Shown in pieces: positions 13,453 through 26,206 of a DNA stretch of 64,000 nucleotides. This stretch comes from Phoronis australis (Eukaryota > Animalia > Phoronida): assembly GCA_002633005.1 (NCBI GenBank), contig NMRA01000214.1:100310-164309 (forward strand), given 5' to 3'. The position numbers and the translations under genes were made by a program. How positions within the stretch are numbered: the first letter of the stretch is position 1; each line of letters opens with the position of its first letter. The notes beneath the pieces are model-generated. The model ran no database searches. It had not been told where the DNA came from and saw only the letters and a list, made by a program, of their open reading frames with translations.

Positions 13453-16400
13453 CTGAAATTAAACATACGTAAACAGCAAAGGCTTTCAATTTTTACTAGC
13501 ATGACTGATGTGCCTCCTAGAATTATCTGTGTTCAAGTGAGTTGACTTACGGCTGTAAAATTTTAATCAAGCTGATCAATTTTAGTACTGCAGATGGGAA
13601 ATATGTTTAATCAAAATTTTGCAGAAATTCTATAGTTACAGAATTACAAAATATGACTCTGCTCGGATATAATGGTCCCTGACATGGATAACAAGTTTCA
13701 TCCACTGATAGTAACATACGCCGGAACATTTAAGGCGAATTATGCCTCACACTGGCGGGCGCGGTAAAAACAGGTGAGCGCGCAGTGTAAAACTGGCCAG
13801 TTGACAATTTGGGCAACTGAACCAAGGACTGAATGAAGAAAAATTTACATTACAGGAGTATTTGTTTGAGTTGGGAGAAATTAAAGACATCAATGGGTAC
13901 CTAAGGTGTCTCTCTATGAGCAGGAGGTACTTAAACAACATGACTTTCATATTTTAATCAGTGTGAGGCATAAGTCACCGAAAATCTATCAATGTATGAA
14001 ACTCCCTGAGGAGCTTCACTGTCTCTACTGGGGCCAGCTAGAGACGGTGGTAACTATCTAATCCAGTTGTTACATTCATCAACTTTTTTTGACCATGTCC
14101 TTGTCCTGTTGTTTTTTTCCCATTTTTCCCTAGTATAAAGTGACCAACAACACATGTATTCGCCTGGTCAAGTCTAGGCATTAGCTGTCACTAGTGAGTT
14201 CTATCTGGTTAACACTAACAGCCTGATTCCGTGATGTATACAGTAGCTAGTGAACCTGCACTGAAGTTATTACAACATACTGAAAACGTCATTATCAAAA
14301 CCAGGGAACATTATATCCGACTTGTTTCCAAAGTAGTTAGTTGTGATAAGACTGAACTCTAAAGTCGAAGTCCAAGCGGCCACGGCACAGTCACAGTGAT
14401 GTGTCGAAAATCACCATGCAATTTATCTTCAATTCAAACCCCTTTTAACTCACTTTTTAAGCAAGTACCATCGTGCAGGCGTACATGGCTGGTCCAGGTT
14501 AGATTCCTGGTTCGCATATTGATCTGAGTCGGCATTTACAACAGTTGTTCAGTAACATTTACATTGATTCAAATACGCGATAGACCTACTGCGGTGAACC
14601 AGAAATCGCGAGCCTCCGTGTTTACAAAAGCGCCGTCTACCGCGCAATATGATAGAAGTGAACTACTTTCGCGCAGGCAAATGTACTCCATATGAGTAAG
14701 ATAACACACGCAGTGTTGGCTTACGTAGTAAATGGGTCCGATGTATGCTGACTGAGATCAGTTACCCATCAGTGAATGCTCTAACCGTGTATACGAGCCA
14801 CTAAACATTTCACAAACAGCACACTTACTGACTTATACTTGTCCATCAAAAGCCTTGTATTGTTGTAATGTAAAACCTTCATGAGTTCGAACATTCAGTC
14901 TTGTCCTCGTTGTTTCTCACCTATCGAACGAGTCGCTTACAGGTCCACGTCTTGTTGGTAATGCCGCTTTTTGTACTGGCTGACACGTCTTTTTCTGAAT
15001 CTCGTAGAGCAGTACTACTGCGTTTCGCCTTCGGACGTACAGTACATAGACCTACTAGTCTCCGCCATTTGTATAAATTCTGTTGACCTCTAGATCTATG
15101 GCTGCGCATGCGTTGTTGTAATGTTTACATCTATTACAACATCCCGGATAGTATATTCTTTGTAAACATTTCATTCGTTTGTAGAATTTACAACGATTTT
15201 TTCAAAATTTGTGCACAAGTTGAAAGTTAATAACTTTTTGAACTCCATGTCACATCAAAAAACCGGCTTAAACGGTGGTAAGAGGTTTTTTCTTCTATAA
15301 CTCGGACCATAGGCCTTTAAGATCAAAATTTTGCTAAGTAATAGTAATGCATAACGTACCCCCATTTTTCTCCACCAAATAATGGACATCAAATTGATTC
15401 TCAAAATGTGGGCACGTTATGTACGACTATTGCTGAAAACAGTTGCTTGAACACAAACTTTGGTTTTTGGTTTTCGGTCTCAGCTTTAACGGAAATTGGG
15501 TCGATTTTAGGTGAGCAAACAAATGATGCTTTCGCCACCTTTTGCAAATTAGAAAAACTGAGCGAGGCGAAGTGTGAAATACGATTTCAGGAATAAGCTT
15601 GGTTTGATACACTAAACAGGGAATTTGTTGCAATATTTTGGATACAATAGTGATCTCGTTTACGTAAGAAGACCCTGGTTTGGTCACATGGGAACAAATC
15701 ATTTTGGAAATCTGTTGCTTATCCGTTTACAGTTATAATAGTCGTAAATGTCTGTCATCAGATGAAAGGTCTAATTATAAGCATACTACTTAGCAGGCTA
15801 ATTTTTGGATGTTACAGCGATTTCAGTCTTAACTTTGATCTGAAGAAATTTATCAAACAGGGCTAAGACATTTTGGTCTTGCGTTAGCCCGATTTCAATT
15901 TAAGTTAAGACTGAAAGGCTTCATGAAACGGTTCCCTGTGGTGCATGCGTTCTGTAGTCCCAGGACGATAGCGTTGCAAATCTTTGCTTTTGAAACGAAA
16001 TCGGTGAATTTTATCCCAAAATTTAAGATTTCTACTATAATTCAACATCCAGTCTTACCGACCAATCACTTCAGTTTCCGGCATTTTGCCTTACTAGTAA
16101 GCTTCCGAACATACTCGCTAAACACGCGCCTTTCACTCCCGTGGTTCTGTGTGTTCTTGCGCGATCTTGCTTTCTTCACAGGAAGCTTGGAATACAGGAC
16201 GCCAACCTCGTATTCACGATGAAACCGTCCCTGAAATGTTAACACATGTGTACAACTACAAGTATGCCAAAACGAGGCTTTGTGTTCCTTTTACGCGCTT
16301 TTTCATGGGACCATGCAGTTTCCGACCAGATGCTACGGCCAAAGGTTTCGACTTGTTGAGACCATTTTCTAAACGTAAATATGTCTGCTTCAGAGTTTAG

Positions 16401-17178
16401 TAACCTAGCTCCGTATTGAATATCGAAGAAGGTTGATGCATTAAGGTTTAAGAAGGTGGGATTTACATAATCCGTTACGTAATAGTGACTTATAGTTTAA
16501 GTAAATGAAACTCGTGCACTGTAGCCTATGTGTGCTAGGCCTATGCAGCCGATTTCATAAAGGTGGTTTAACAAAACCAGGTTTAAGACTTAAACCCGGT
16601 CTTCCTAAACCTGGTCTAATTTTAGACCTGACATGCATTTCACCAACATGGTTTAAGAGTCTGAAAGCCTGGTTTTGCTAGACCAGGGAGCTGGTTCAAT
16701 AAAACCAGGTTTAAAGTATCAAAGGCACCCCACTGTACGTGTCGAGCTGGGTAAACCCAACAAAGGAACTGTTGAAGTGCTTCAATGAAATCTTGATCAC
16801 GTGGGTATACAATGGCATACACTAGTAGAATCAGTGCAGACATTGACGAAAAACATATAAAAGCTTTTCTCATGAGGAAAACTGTAATTTCTGTGCCAAA
16901 CACACACATTAAAGAACATGCTCATGGATTAGATGTAACATGATAAATGCCCAAATTTATTTCCTTGTCATTTTAGTGGTTATTTTCCGCGGCCAAAGGG
17001 GGGCAAGACCCCTTCGTGACAACATTATATTGGAGAACTGTGGAGGTGGAACTCAGTCAGAAGAATCGGAAGATGCTGTCTTTAGTCAAATCCGTAGCGC
17101 TTACGACGATGACGCCCTGCTCGACCACTCGTATTTCGAGAAATTCGCAGGACACACTCCAGCAAGTACTGGTCTACG

Positions 17179-17335
17179 CATAGGCGGATCCACGGGGGTC
17201 AAGGGGTCCGGAGTCCCCTTTTTCCCTTGATTTTAGTGATATCAAATCTATAATTTTCAAGTTACTGACTTGGCCCCCTTTTCAAAAAGTCTTTGACCGC
17301 CCCCCCCCCCTTTAAAAATCCTGGATCCGCCCCTG
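17179..17335. mobile_element. 157-bp MITE with 5-bp TSD
   Basis: Termini CATAGGCGGATCCA / TGGATCCGCCCCTG, with CTACG on both flanks (17174-17178 and 17336-17340). Confidence 0.8.
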
Positions 17336-17597
17336 CTACGTTTGATCTTGTGTCATAGTAAACCTGAATATTGAAAATAGCCCATTTTTGCTCTAAAACT
17401 GCGTCGCAAATGCACTCCGTGGCATCATTCAGTTGTACCTATACAATACAAGTCTGATATATTTAACAGTTAAACCTAGGTCTGACCAAGTCTAAAGTTA
17501 AACATGGTTTAAGATTTTAATACAGGTCTAAAGAGTATAGACCTCGTTGGTGAAATGAAACCTGACTTAGACCAGGTCCAAACTGGAGATAAACTAG

Positions 17598-19076
17598 GGC
17601 CCAGTCTCCAATCTCCGTACTCAGACTCGAATCATGCTCAAACTCACACTTCATACTCAACTCGAGTACAGACTCAGCTTTGGTGTATTCAATGTCATAC
17701 TCGAAAAATCTGTACTCGAAATTTCGAGCACGTACTCAGTATTCGAGTGTACTCGAACTGAAGTGTATCTCATCTATATTTCGAGTACGATTTTGAGTAA
17801 AAATTCGGAGTCTATGCTCAAATTTCAAGTTTGGTATGGCAGTGTGCTTGAAATCGTACTCGAAAATAAATACGAGCCAGAGAACAAAATATAGAAAGGG
17901 AACTAAGAAACACAGCAAATATAAAAAATAAGTCCTCTTACCGTATCTCAGCACTTCAATTTCAGTTCAGAGATAATAGTTTTCATCTTAAATCTTCTTA
18001 TTCTTCACCTTATCAACCCGCCGTATCACTGTATGTTATGGCCGCCATTCTACCTCTACAATTCCTGGCAACAGGCGCATTGTAATCCTTTGTCTGCGAG
18101 TCATAACAAGCGTCGAAAGCAGTTGTGGGAAAAGTCGTGTGAGAAGTTTGTGCTGCCCTTATTTCGGTATGTGTGCCTACNAGCAAACTTGCTGTTAGTG
18201 ATGCCTGCAACAAATGCCAGTAGCGAACGAGCATTTAGTGCTCTTAGGCGTGTTAAGTCATATTTACGTTCCACAATGGGACAGGGGAGGTTGAACCATT
18301 TAATGTTGCTCCATGTTCACAAAGACATGTGCAATAAGCTAAATTTGGTGGATGTGGCAAACGATTTTGGACGAGGAAGTGAAATGCGAAAGGCACAACT
18401 CGGGGTTTTTACCACGTTAGACTTAGCTGCAGCCCGAGTTCTAGTGTGCAGCAGGGCAACGTCCACTGATTTATGTTGAAGAGTAAATAAAAACATATAT
18501 AATTATTTCACACATTCATTCTTACTGTTCAGCAAGAGTAATCGTATGAGCGGCATGTATGTTGCTCCAAATATTTCCAGTCAATCTTAACAAAAAATTA
18601 ACTCTAAAAGTACAGCATCTGTTACACACCTTATAGTAGACATATTTTTTCATATAATTCAAAACGTACCTAGTGGTTGCAGTAGTTCATTTTACAGCGT
18701 TGATATATACACCCCAGTGCAACTCAGTGGTTTCGAAATTAGAAGTTACGTATCGACCAGGGTCGGTGCCCCCCCAATAATTTTTACCTTCCTACGGGCG
18801 TGATTTATTTTCGAGTACGATTTCAAGCACACTGCCATACCAAACTTGAAATTTGAGCATAGACTCCAAATTTTTACTCAAAATCGTACTCGAAATATAG
18901 ATGAGATACACTTCAGTTCGAGTACACTCGAAAACTGAGTACGTGTTCGAAGTTTCGAGTACAGATTTTTCGAGTATGACATTGAATACACCAAAGCTGA
19001 GTCTGTACTCGAGTTGAGAGTGAAGTGTGAGTTTGAGCATGATTCGAGTCTTGAGTACGGAGATTGGAGACCGGGC
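17598..19076. mobile_element. Nested foldback-type element with ~275-bp inverted arms
   Basis: 17598-17870 is a near-identical reverse complement of about 18803-19076. The arms are rich in GTACTCGA motifs and have GGCCC-like ends reminiscent of PIF/Harbinger. Confidence 0.85.
18182..18802 (+). mobile_element. hAT transposase 3' fragment (C-terminal dimerization domain, ZMYM1-like) with probable 3' terminus
   Basis: LLLVMPATNASSERAFSALRRVKSYLRSTMGQGRLNHLMLLHVHK is the classic hATC motif. It begins at the N junction 18181. Terminus-like GTGCCCCCCCAATAATTTTTACCTTCCTACGGGCGTG. Confidence 0.9.
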
Positions 19077-19300
19077 TCGGGTCTAAGTCCAGTTTAAACC
19101 AGGTTTAACTTTAAACCACCTTTATGAAATCGGCTGATGGTGTTGCTTGGCCGATTTATTCTTTATGACGACATTTGTAGTTCCGTTTGGTATTGTCTTG
19201 CATCATTCAGACAACGAAAGTACTATAGGCCTATAGTTCGCCAACTATTTCAGTTAAAGATCTGTCTTCCAGTGCGGATGAATTTGTTTATTCTGTTCAG

Positions 19301-19642
19301 ATGGTCCAAGAAGAGTCAAGTTGATCGACGACACGACTGGTGACAGTGTGCAAAAACAATACAATGTCTTCGAAAATCAAAAGGTGGTCATTAACTGTCA
19401 ATCCAGCGACGCCAATCCCTCGGCAAACATCACGTGGCACACGCATTCTAACAAAACGGGTAGTATCGATTACGACGTAGCTCCCACAGTTTGTAGCGGA
19501 GCATACCGGTTGCAAAAATGTAGCAAAAAAATCACATTCCTTGCTGATAGAAAGCATCACATGAGTCGCCTAGAGTGCATAGCTACAAACCCTGTCGCCT
19601 ATCATTTAATCGCCAGAGGCGAAGTTGAAGTAACTGTGATGT
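19301..19642 (+). CDS. Ig/TSP1/TM receptor, Ig-like exon 1 (nephrin/CD80-type C2-set-like)
   Basis: TTCAG acceptor and GTAAGT donor, phase 1-1. GPRRV...VVINCQSSDANPSANITW...ITFLADRKHHMSRLECIATN. Confidence 0.88.
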
Positions 19643-21086
19643 GTAAGTGTCGCATTATACATAGACCAGTGCACTTGCTTTGCCAAAGTGCACTTCAACA
19701 ATGCTCATCGGCTTTTGCTTTTGTAACTGTGTAAGATTTCAGATGTGTTGCCTGTCATGTCGATCTGCTGTTGTACTGAGGCTGCTTGTAGAAGAATCTA
19801 TTGTTTTATAACTTTTGACTAAAATTAAGTTGATGCATGACTCGCAGAGTTTCGCAAAATCATGGACCGGTGTACTCGAAATTGAACTTGAACGTATTTT
19901 TTAATTCACCGCTTTGCTTTTGTACAACACCAAGATAAATGTCTATTAGTTTGTACTCGAGTACGTTATGGTTCATGCAGCTAATTTTCTAGTAATTTCG
20001 CTCTTGGCGAGTTACAATTTCGAATAAAAACTCTCGATATGTCGAGTAAACATGCAAACTTTGGAGTTCGTATTTAAACTTTAAGCCTTATGTCTCTCTA
20101 GGACCTTAATGACGGTCTTAGCATTTGGCGAAATATTTACAAAGCTACAGAATATAACCCAGCAAAAGCATATAAATTATTTTCTGAAAGCATAAAATAT
20201 ATAGAATTCAATTTAGACTTTATAACAATTCACCGTGAATTTGATCGCGTGTTCATTACTTTTTTGTAAAATTTGGGAAATTGGACAGGTACATTCGTTC
20301 CAAGAAAACGGTAAAGGTGAGATCTCAGTTACAATTTTTTAAATTGTCGCTAAGTTTTTCTTTAATAAGCAAATTTTGATTTTTTTCGTAAAAAAATCCT
20401 TGAAGTCCCGTTTGTTGATAGTCCCTCATTCAAAATTAAAATATTTTAAAAATAATTTTTAACAGCATGTTGTAGAACAGTGCATAAAGCGTATTATCTA
20501 AAAGTTTCATTTGAATCCCATCAGCTGCTTCCAAGTTATGATGTTCCCAAATTAGCCAACTTTAACCATTTGACTAGGGTCCTTGATACCCTTACTGCCG
20601 GAGTCACCATATGCAAACTACGGTTTGACAGTAAGCCATTATGCACAAAATAATAGACACATAAAAGTAGAAAACACCAAAAATGATTTTGCGTAGAAAG
20701 ATTAGACTCCGAACAACAAGAAAATATGTCTGCAACTTGATTCCAAAAGACGAAAAATCCCGGCGTAGCCTGCTCGTCTACACACTCACACCTGAGAGAC
20801 AAGAAATCCTTTTTGACAAGACTTCGAGACACTGGCTCCTGCAGCAGTAGCCAATATGGCTACAGACGTCGCTAAGAATTCCATGAACTGAGACGCTTAG
20901 AACATTAAACCAACGGGTGTTCGTGGAAATGGTGACTACAACAGGCTTCACCGAAAACATAAAAGCTTTCCGATCCAAATGTTGCATCAGAAAATACATG
21001 CAATATGATCGAGTTTTTCTGAATTTTCACTTGCCCACTGGTTAAAATTTGTATTTTTGTACGTTGTTAAAATAGTGTCTTTCCAG

Positions 21087-21407
21087 TTGGTCCGGAGAAA
21101 ACTTCACTGTTGACTTCCATTGATTACGCTCTCCCTGGAGAAGTTGTACACTTGAAGTGTTATACTGACGAGGTGTATCCAAACGCGTCTGTACATTGGC
21201 AGCACGACCTCACATGGGCAACTATCATTGGCCGTGAAGATTACGTCCTTGAAAATTTCTTCCAAGGAGTAAAAACTTATGTTTCTTTCTCTTCGCTCAT
21301 CTTCAACGCTAGTCAAGCTGACAATGGGAAATCTGTAATATGTCACGCGCAAAATATTATACCTGGGATACCGAGAGTGTCGTCGGAGTTAAAAATTAAA
21401 ATAGCAT
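21087..21407 (+). CDS. Ig-like exon 2
   Basis: TTCCAG / GTATGT, phase 1-1. GPEK...VHLKCYTDEVYPNASVHW...SSLIFNASQADNGKSVICHAQN. Confidence 0.9.
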
Positions 21408-22024
21408 GTATGTATCATTTTACTACTGTCGAATAGGCTTTCTGTCAACATCGCTATCATTGGTGCCAACGGCGTTGTGCGCCTGTTCAACAGATACCTA
21501 TATAGGTTGATGTATGTCTCTAAAGCCAAGAAATTATTAGGAAAAGTACTATGAAGGCACTACTGCGTATTGTTGCGCTGTCTGTCAAAATTATTTGCAT
21601 ATTTTAGTCAACATCATTTTCTTATTTGCTTCTGAGTGCCAGTTCACCGCAAGATCGTCCAGACATTTTGGGATTTTACAAACAGCAGTCACACACTGTA
21701 ACAAAACGTTGCACAATCCAATACATTTTATCTATCTGAAGATGGCGCTGCTCTTCCATATGTTTTTGAGACTAGTATTCTACCTATATGGGAAACTAGT
21801 CGTAACGTGGGAACACGTGGTAACGCCAATGGAGTCATAATATTCCCACGGTACTTCTGAAGGGTCATGGTACCATTAATTCATCAATATGCCAAAGTAA
21901 AAAATAAAATGTTTGAGACATCACTGCACTGCAATTAAAGCCGACGATTGGAATGGAATTTGGAAAAATTAAAAGTTCACCATACAATTTGGGTATATGT
22001 GTTCATGTATAGTACTGGTTGTAG

Positions 22025-22351
22025 ATGGCCCAGAGACACTAAGGTACGTTTTCCCTGGCGTCCACACATGTTCACCGTTGACATGTGCCGTCCCAGTTGG
22101 AACAGTCTTCATAATTCAGTGTGTTACCGATGACGTGTCACCAGCGGTGCGCATGGAGATCGAATTCACAAACAAAACGTTCTCGTGGCGCGAACAACCA
22201 AAGATCCGGACTGACGTCAATCTGTCGTACAGAGCAACCCTTGCGCTGAACGTAACGTCGCACTACGACGGATCGTCTGTAACATGTGAAGCTAAAAATG
22301 CTGTGCGATTGGACAAGGTCCAATCGATAAAGACCGGAATAGATGTACTAG
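22025..22351 (+). CDS. Ig-like exon 3
   Basis: TTGTAG / GTACCT, phase 1-1. GPETL...IQCVTDDVSPAV...ATLALNVTSHYDGSSVTCEAKN. Confidence 0.88.
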
Positions 22352-22899
22352 GTACCTTCCGTTGATTTTTATCTAAACTAGTTGACACTTGGCCAATTCA
22401 CAACTTGTAGGCAACCATGTCAGTGAAAGTATTGATATCGTCACCGTCTTCAACTGTATAATCCGGCAACGTCTTCCACAGTCCGTAATAAGGCAAATGA
22501 TCCTTGCAATACTTCAAGATTGAAACTGTCTCTTATGTTATGTTAGGATAACTGGTAATTGCATAATTATGTTCCACGTTAACATGGTTAGACTTAAACA
22601 CCTAGGTAGATTTAGCACTACTTCATGTGTTGCAGCCCTGCTCTTTCAAAATCACCCATTTACATGTTTATGATCTTCGTGGATCTCGAATAGTTCCACA
22701 AAAAGGCCACACTAGAGAACAGTATGTCAGTAACTATTATGAGACAAAATAAGAATTAAAAAAATGCATTCTGGAAGACGTGTCTACAAAACCTGATAAT
22801 CTCTGTGGCAAACGTGGGTAATGAGATAAATTAAGGAGAGTTCATAGCACGTGCTGTACAAATGTGCGCTCCGTCTTTCTGCATGAAGTGCTCTATCAT

Positions 22900-25539
22900 C
22901 TGATACGCCGTAAAATATAACAATGTCGTAAAATGTCACAACTGTTACATTTTATGTCATTGTTACATTTTACGTTGTTAGGCCTCTCCTAAAATGTAAC
23001 AAGTTGTTACATTTTATGTAATTTACGTCGAATGCACATACGAGAAATGTACCATTGTTACATTTTACAAAAGCGACGTCATATTTCATGAGTTTGCAAG
23101 GTATTTGTGACATGGAGGAAAACCCTTCACACACTTAACGCCTTCTTTCTCGGATTGTGTGAATGAAATTCTATCAAATGTGCCAGGTAGACTTCATAGA
23201 TGAGCCCCGATTTACTTCCCATGGTTTTTTGAACATGAGTAGTTTAATGGTATAGTAAAAATGTACAACGTACAGTTTCAACTTCACACGAAAAGAGTTT
23301 CTAGGATCAGGTAACAAGTTTTTTTTATCGTTAAAGCGTTCCTGTATTCTTTTGTTGGCGCTCATAAACCCATTTTATACGACATTACAGTAAACACACT
23401 TCCCTTTGTAAGAACAACAATGACATCGTATTTGGCTAATATTTATCGTATTTCTTCGGGAACGAACGACGATAACAAAATTTTCCGTGGAGATTTCAAT
23501 TTCGGAAGCCAATTTGATAGAAAAAATATCAGTTTTATTCCACGATAGTTTGGTTTATTTCGGCCAGTATTTTATTGCCTTGGAGTAATCGCTAATGCAG
23601 TAATTGTCCTGCTTTACACAAAAGGAGCAAAATCAAAGTTTCTGATGCCGACGAGTGCCGTCTACCACCTTAGTTACGAATGACAATTTCTTAAAGACAT
23701 TGTGGTGGAAGGAAATAAAAGCACGCATTTATTTGCCGGCAGTTTGACAGATTTTGCAAAAGCAACAGCAAAATATCGCCTTTGAGAAGGGCGAGCCATT
23801 AGTTCAAAATGTGGCGGCATTGTGACGAAAGAAATATCATTGTTCCTATGGTGTCAAACCTGTCTGAGATAGTGGTTGTAACAACAGGTGAAACCGCGAC
23901 GTGTATATGTAAAAATGGGATGCCTAGCACTCTGAAGGGACCAGATCATTTTGCTCAAAATGGTTCAAAAAAGCTTACTGTCGGGCTTTCAGACTATTAA
24001 AACATGCAATTTCTCTTGTATTACCTTTTAAGATAAAATATGAATTAAAATTACTATTTGACCAATGGTCGTTAGTTCGAAGTACAAATAAATAAGGATA
24101 AAGATTGGACATTCTATTATTAATGGACGTGAATTCACGTGTCTCTTGAGGCGCCATTTTTGTGTTGCAGCTCGCAGATAAGGGAATTTGGAATCCTTTT
24201 GATGCATTCCTTTTTAATCTTTTTGATGCATTACATTAAATGCTCATATTAAACATCGCTGACTTTGACGTTGGCGGTTTTTGTTCCATACAATTAACTT
24301 TCAATGAAACCTAGTTCAAATCATTCTGTTAAATCATTGTGTTTTTTTAGAATATTGGGGCCCATTCCACATAAAATTGTTGTGTGTCTTGTGTGTCCGT
24401 TACCCACTATTCTAATGACCCGGTAACCGCAGCTGACTAGTCGTTAGTTCTCGAAAAACGTCTGCCTCCAGAGTTCAACGTAAGGCAATTTTGAACTTAC
24501 AAATCATCATTGAACGATCCCCAGTTCTTTGCCAAGGAATGTTTTCAACAAGAGACAATGTTATGGTCTGAATTCAGTTCTTCGTGGCAAACTACAGATG
24601 GACATAGTTATATTTACAAATAATACAGTGCTTGCCGATACATGTAGTTCCGAAATAATCAATTTTTGAATTTGGTGCTCGTCTAAACAAGATTTTAAAT
24701 CTCAACCTCCTCGTTTCCAAAAAGTAGGCGTACTCTGCTTCCACAGCTGTCAAGACATTCTTCACAATATCGTTAAAGCTGAACTTAGGAGCCCGTTTAA
24801 AATCCTTTTGTAACAGCACTTGCTGTCCAATATGGAAAGCCCGATGACAACATTGAACAATAAATGAGATAACTGAGGTATTAGCACTTTGCTAAACATG
24901 TTTGAGTCCTCGTTAAATAAATTTTAAAATATTATTATAAAAAAAGGATAACAAAAACGATAACTAGTAATAGTAGTAACAGTAGTGATAGTAATGTAAT
25001 ACTAATAAAAATTAGAATAGTTAGCGAATTCAAGTCGTGTCAGTCCGGAGGGCATTCCTATAGAAGATGTTCACGAAAAGTGCCGCCAAAACGGGTGTTT
25101 TTCACAGAAAAAATACACTCCAAAACGGTGTCATTTTCGACAAAACTATATCCAAAAGGTGCCTTTCCTGAATTTCGGGAAAAGAAGTGTGCCAAAATGT
25201 GAGGTTTTACACAAATTAGTCTCTAAATGGGCCACTTTTTTGTACGAGCCGACTCTCTAAATGGGTAGGTATTCAAAATTTTCTGCTCCTCGTCTAAAAA
25301 TACTCCAGTACCCCCGGCCGTGTCAGATACCACTTGTTCGTGATTTTGGTCATATTCTTTGCAATATGACGGGGGTTTCGTAAAATGTAACAATGGTACA
25401 TTTTGTCGCATGTGCGTTCGACGTGAAATGTAACAACTTGTTACATTTTAGGATAGGCTTAGCAACGTCAAATGTAACAATGACGTAAATGTAACAGTTG
25501 TTACATTTTACAAAATTGTTACATTTTACGGCGTATCAG
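22900..25539. mobile_element. Intronic TIR element with ~170-bp arms made of TGTTACATTT repeats
   Basis: CTGATACGCCGTAAAAT at 22900 and ATTTTACGGCGTATCAG ending at 25539. The arms are imperfect inverted copies. No clear TSD. Confidence 0.8.
25044..25318. mobile_element. Small nested MITE with 8-bp TSD
   Basis: CCGGAGGG...GTACCCCCGG ends, with CGTGTCAG at 25036-25043 and 25319-25326. Confidence 0.65.
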
Positions 25540-25870
25540 TGCCTTCTCTTCTAAGCAAGCGATAGGAAGTTACGCATGTTCTCGAGACACAATCTATGTT
25601 ATTGTTTATGAAACATACGGGTTTCCTGGAGTTTAAAACTATGGCATCAAACTTGGAGGTTAAGGCCTCCATAAAAGTGTCTCCAAACGAAGAGTGCGTT
25701 CCGGAGACGCGAAAATCTCGCAAACACTCAAGATCACGTAAAACTGCTCAAGATATTGGCATGTATTATAAGTGAAGCACGTGATCAAACTAGCTTCCTA
25801 CGCGAAACTTTACTTCTTACAATACAGTAAAGCGGGTGCATGTAAACGATTCGCGTTGCTGTACTTGTAG

Positions 25871-26206
25871 TTGGACCTACTCTGGTAATAATCAGGCAGT
25901 CTGGCGGGCGTTGGGGTCCCAATAACTCGATCATAGTAAAGCAAGATTCATCCGTGAACCTTACGTGCGTGACAGATTTTACAAAGGAAGGGGTAGACAT
26001 GACTTTGCACTTATATAACCCAAGTTCCAGGCGCATGAGCTGTCTACCGCATGCAGGGCTTGTGGAAGTTGCTAGAGGGATCTATAAATACGAAATCATT
26101 CTGTTTATCACGAGCGAAGAGCATGGTATCCACATAACTTGCAAGGCGTCCAATAAGAAATCAGACTATCTGTCTGCTAGCGCCTCTGTTGTCATGGATG
26201 TTACAG
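25871..26206 (+). CDS. Ig-like exon 4
   Basis: TTGTAG / GTAAAT, phase 1-1. GPTLV...VNLTCVTD...ILFITSEEHGIHITCKASN. Confidence 0.88.

Larger units (their letters stand above)
16546..19136. mobile_element. Non-autonomous TIR DNA element hosting nested insertions
   Basis: Perfect 26-bp TIR CAGCCGATTTCATAAAGGTGGTTTAA at 16546 with its reverse complement at 19111-19136. ATG on both flanks (3-bp TSD). Internal AAACCAGGTTT-like palindromic subterminal repeats. Confidence 0.85.

Noticed and set aside
17634-19040. Two near-identical ORFs (MLKLTLH...) on opposite strands
   Set aside because: Chance frames in the inverted arms of a foldback element, not genes.
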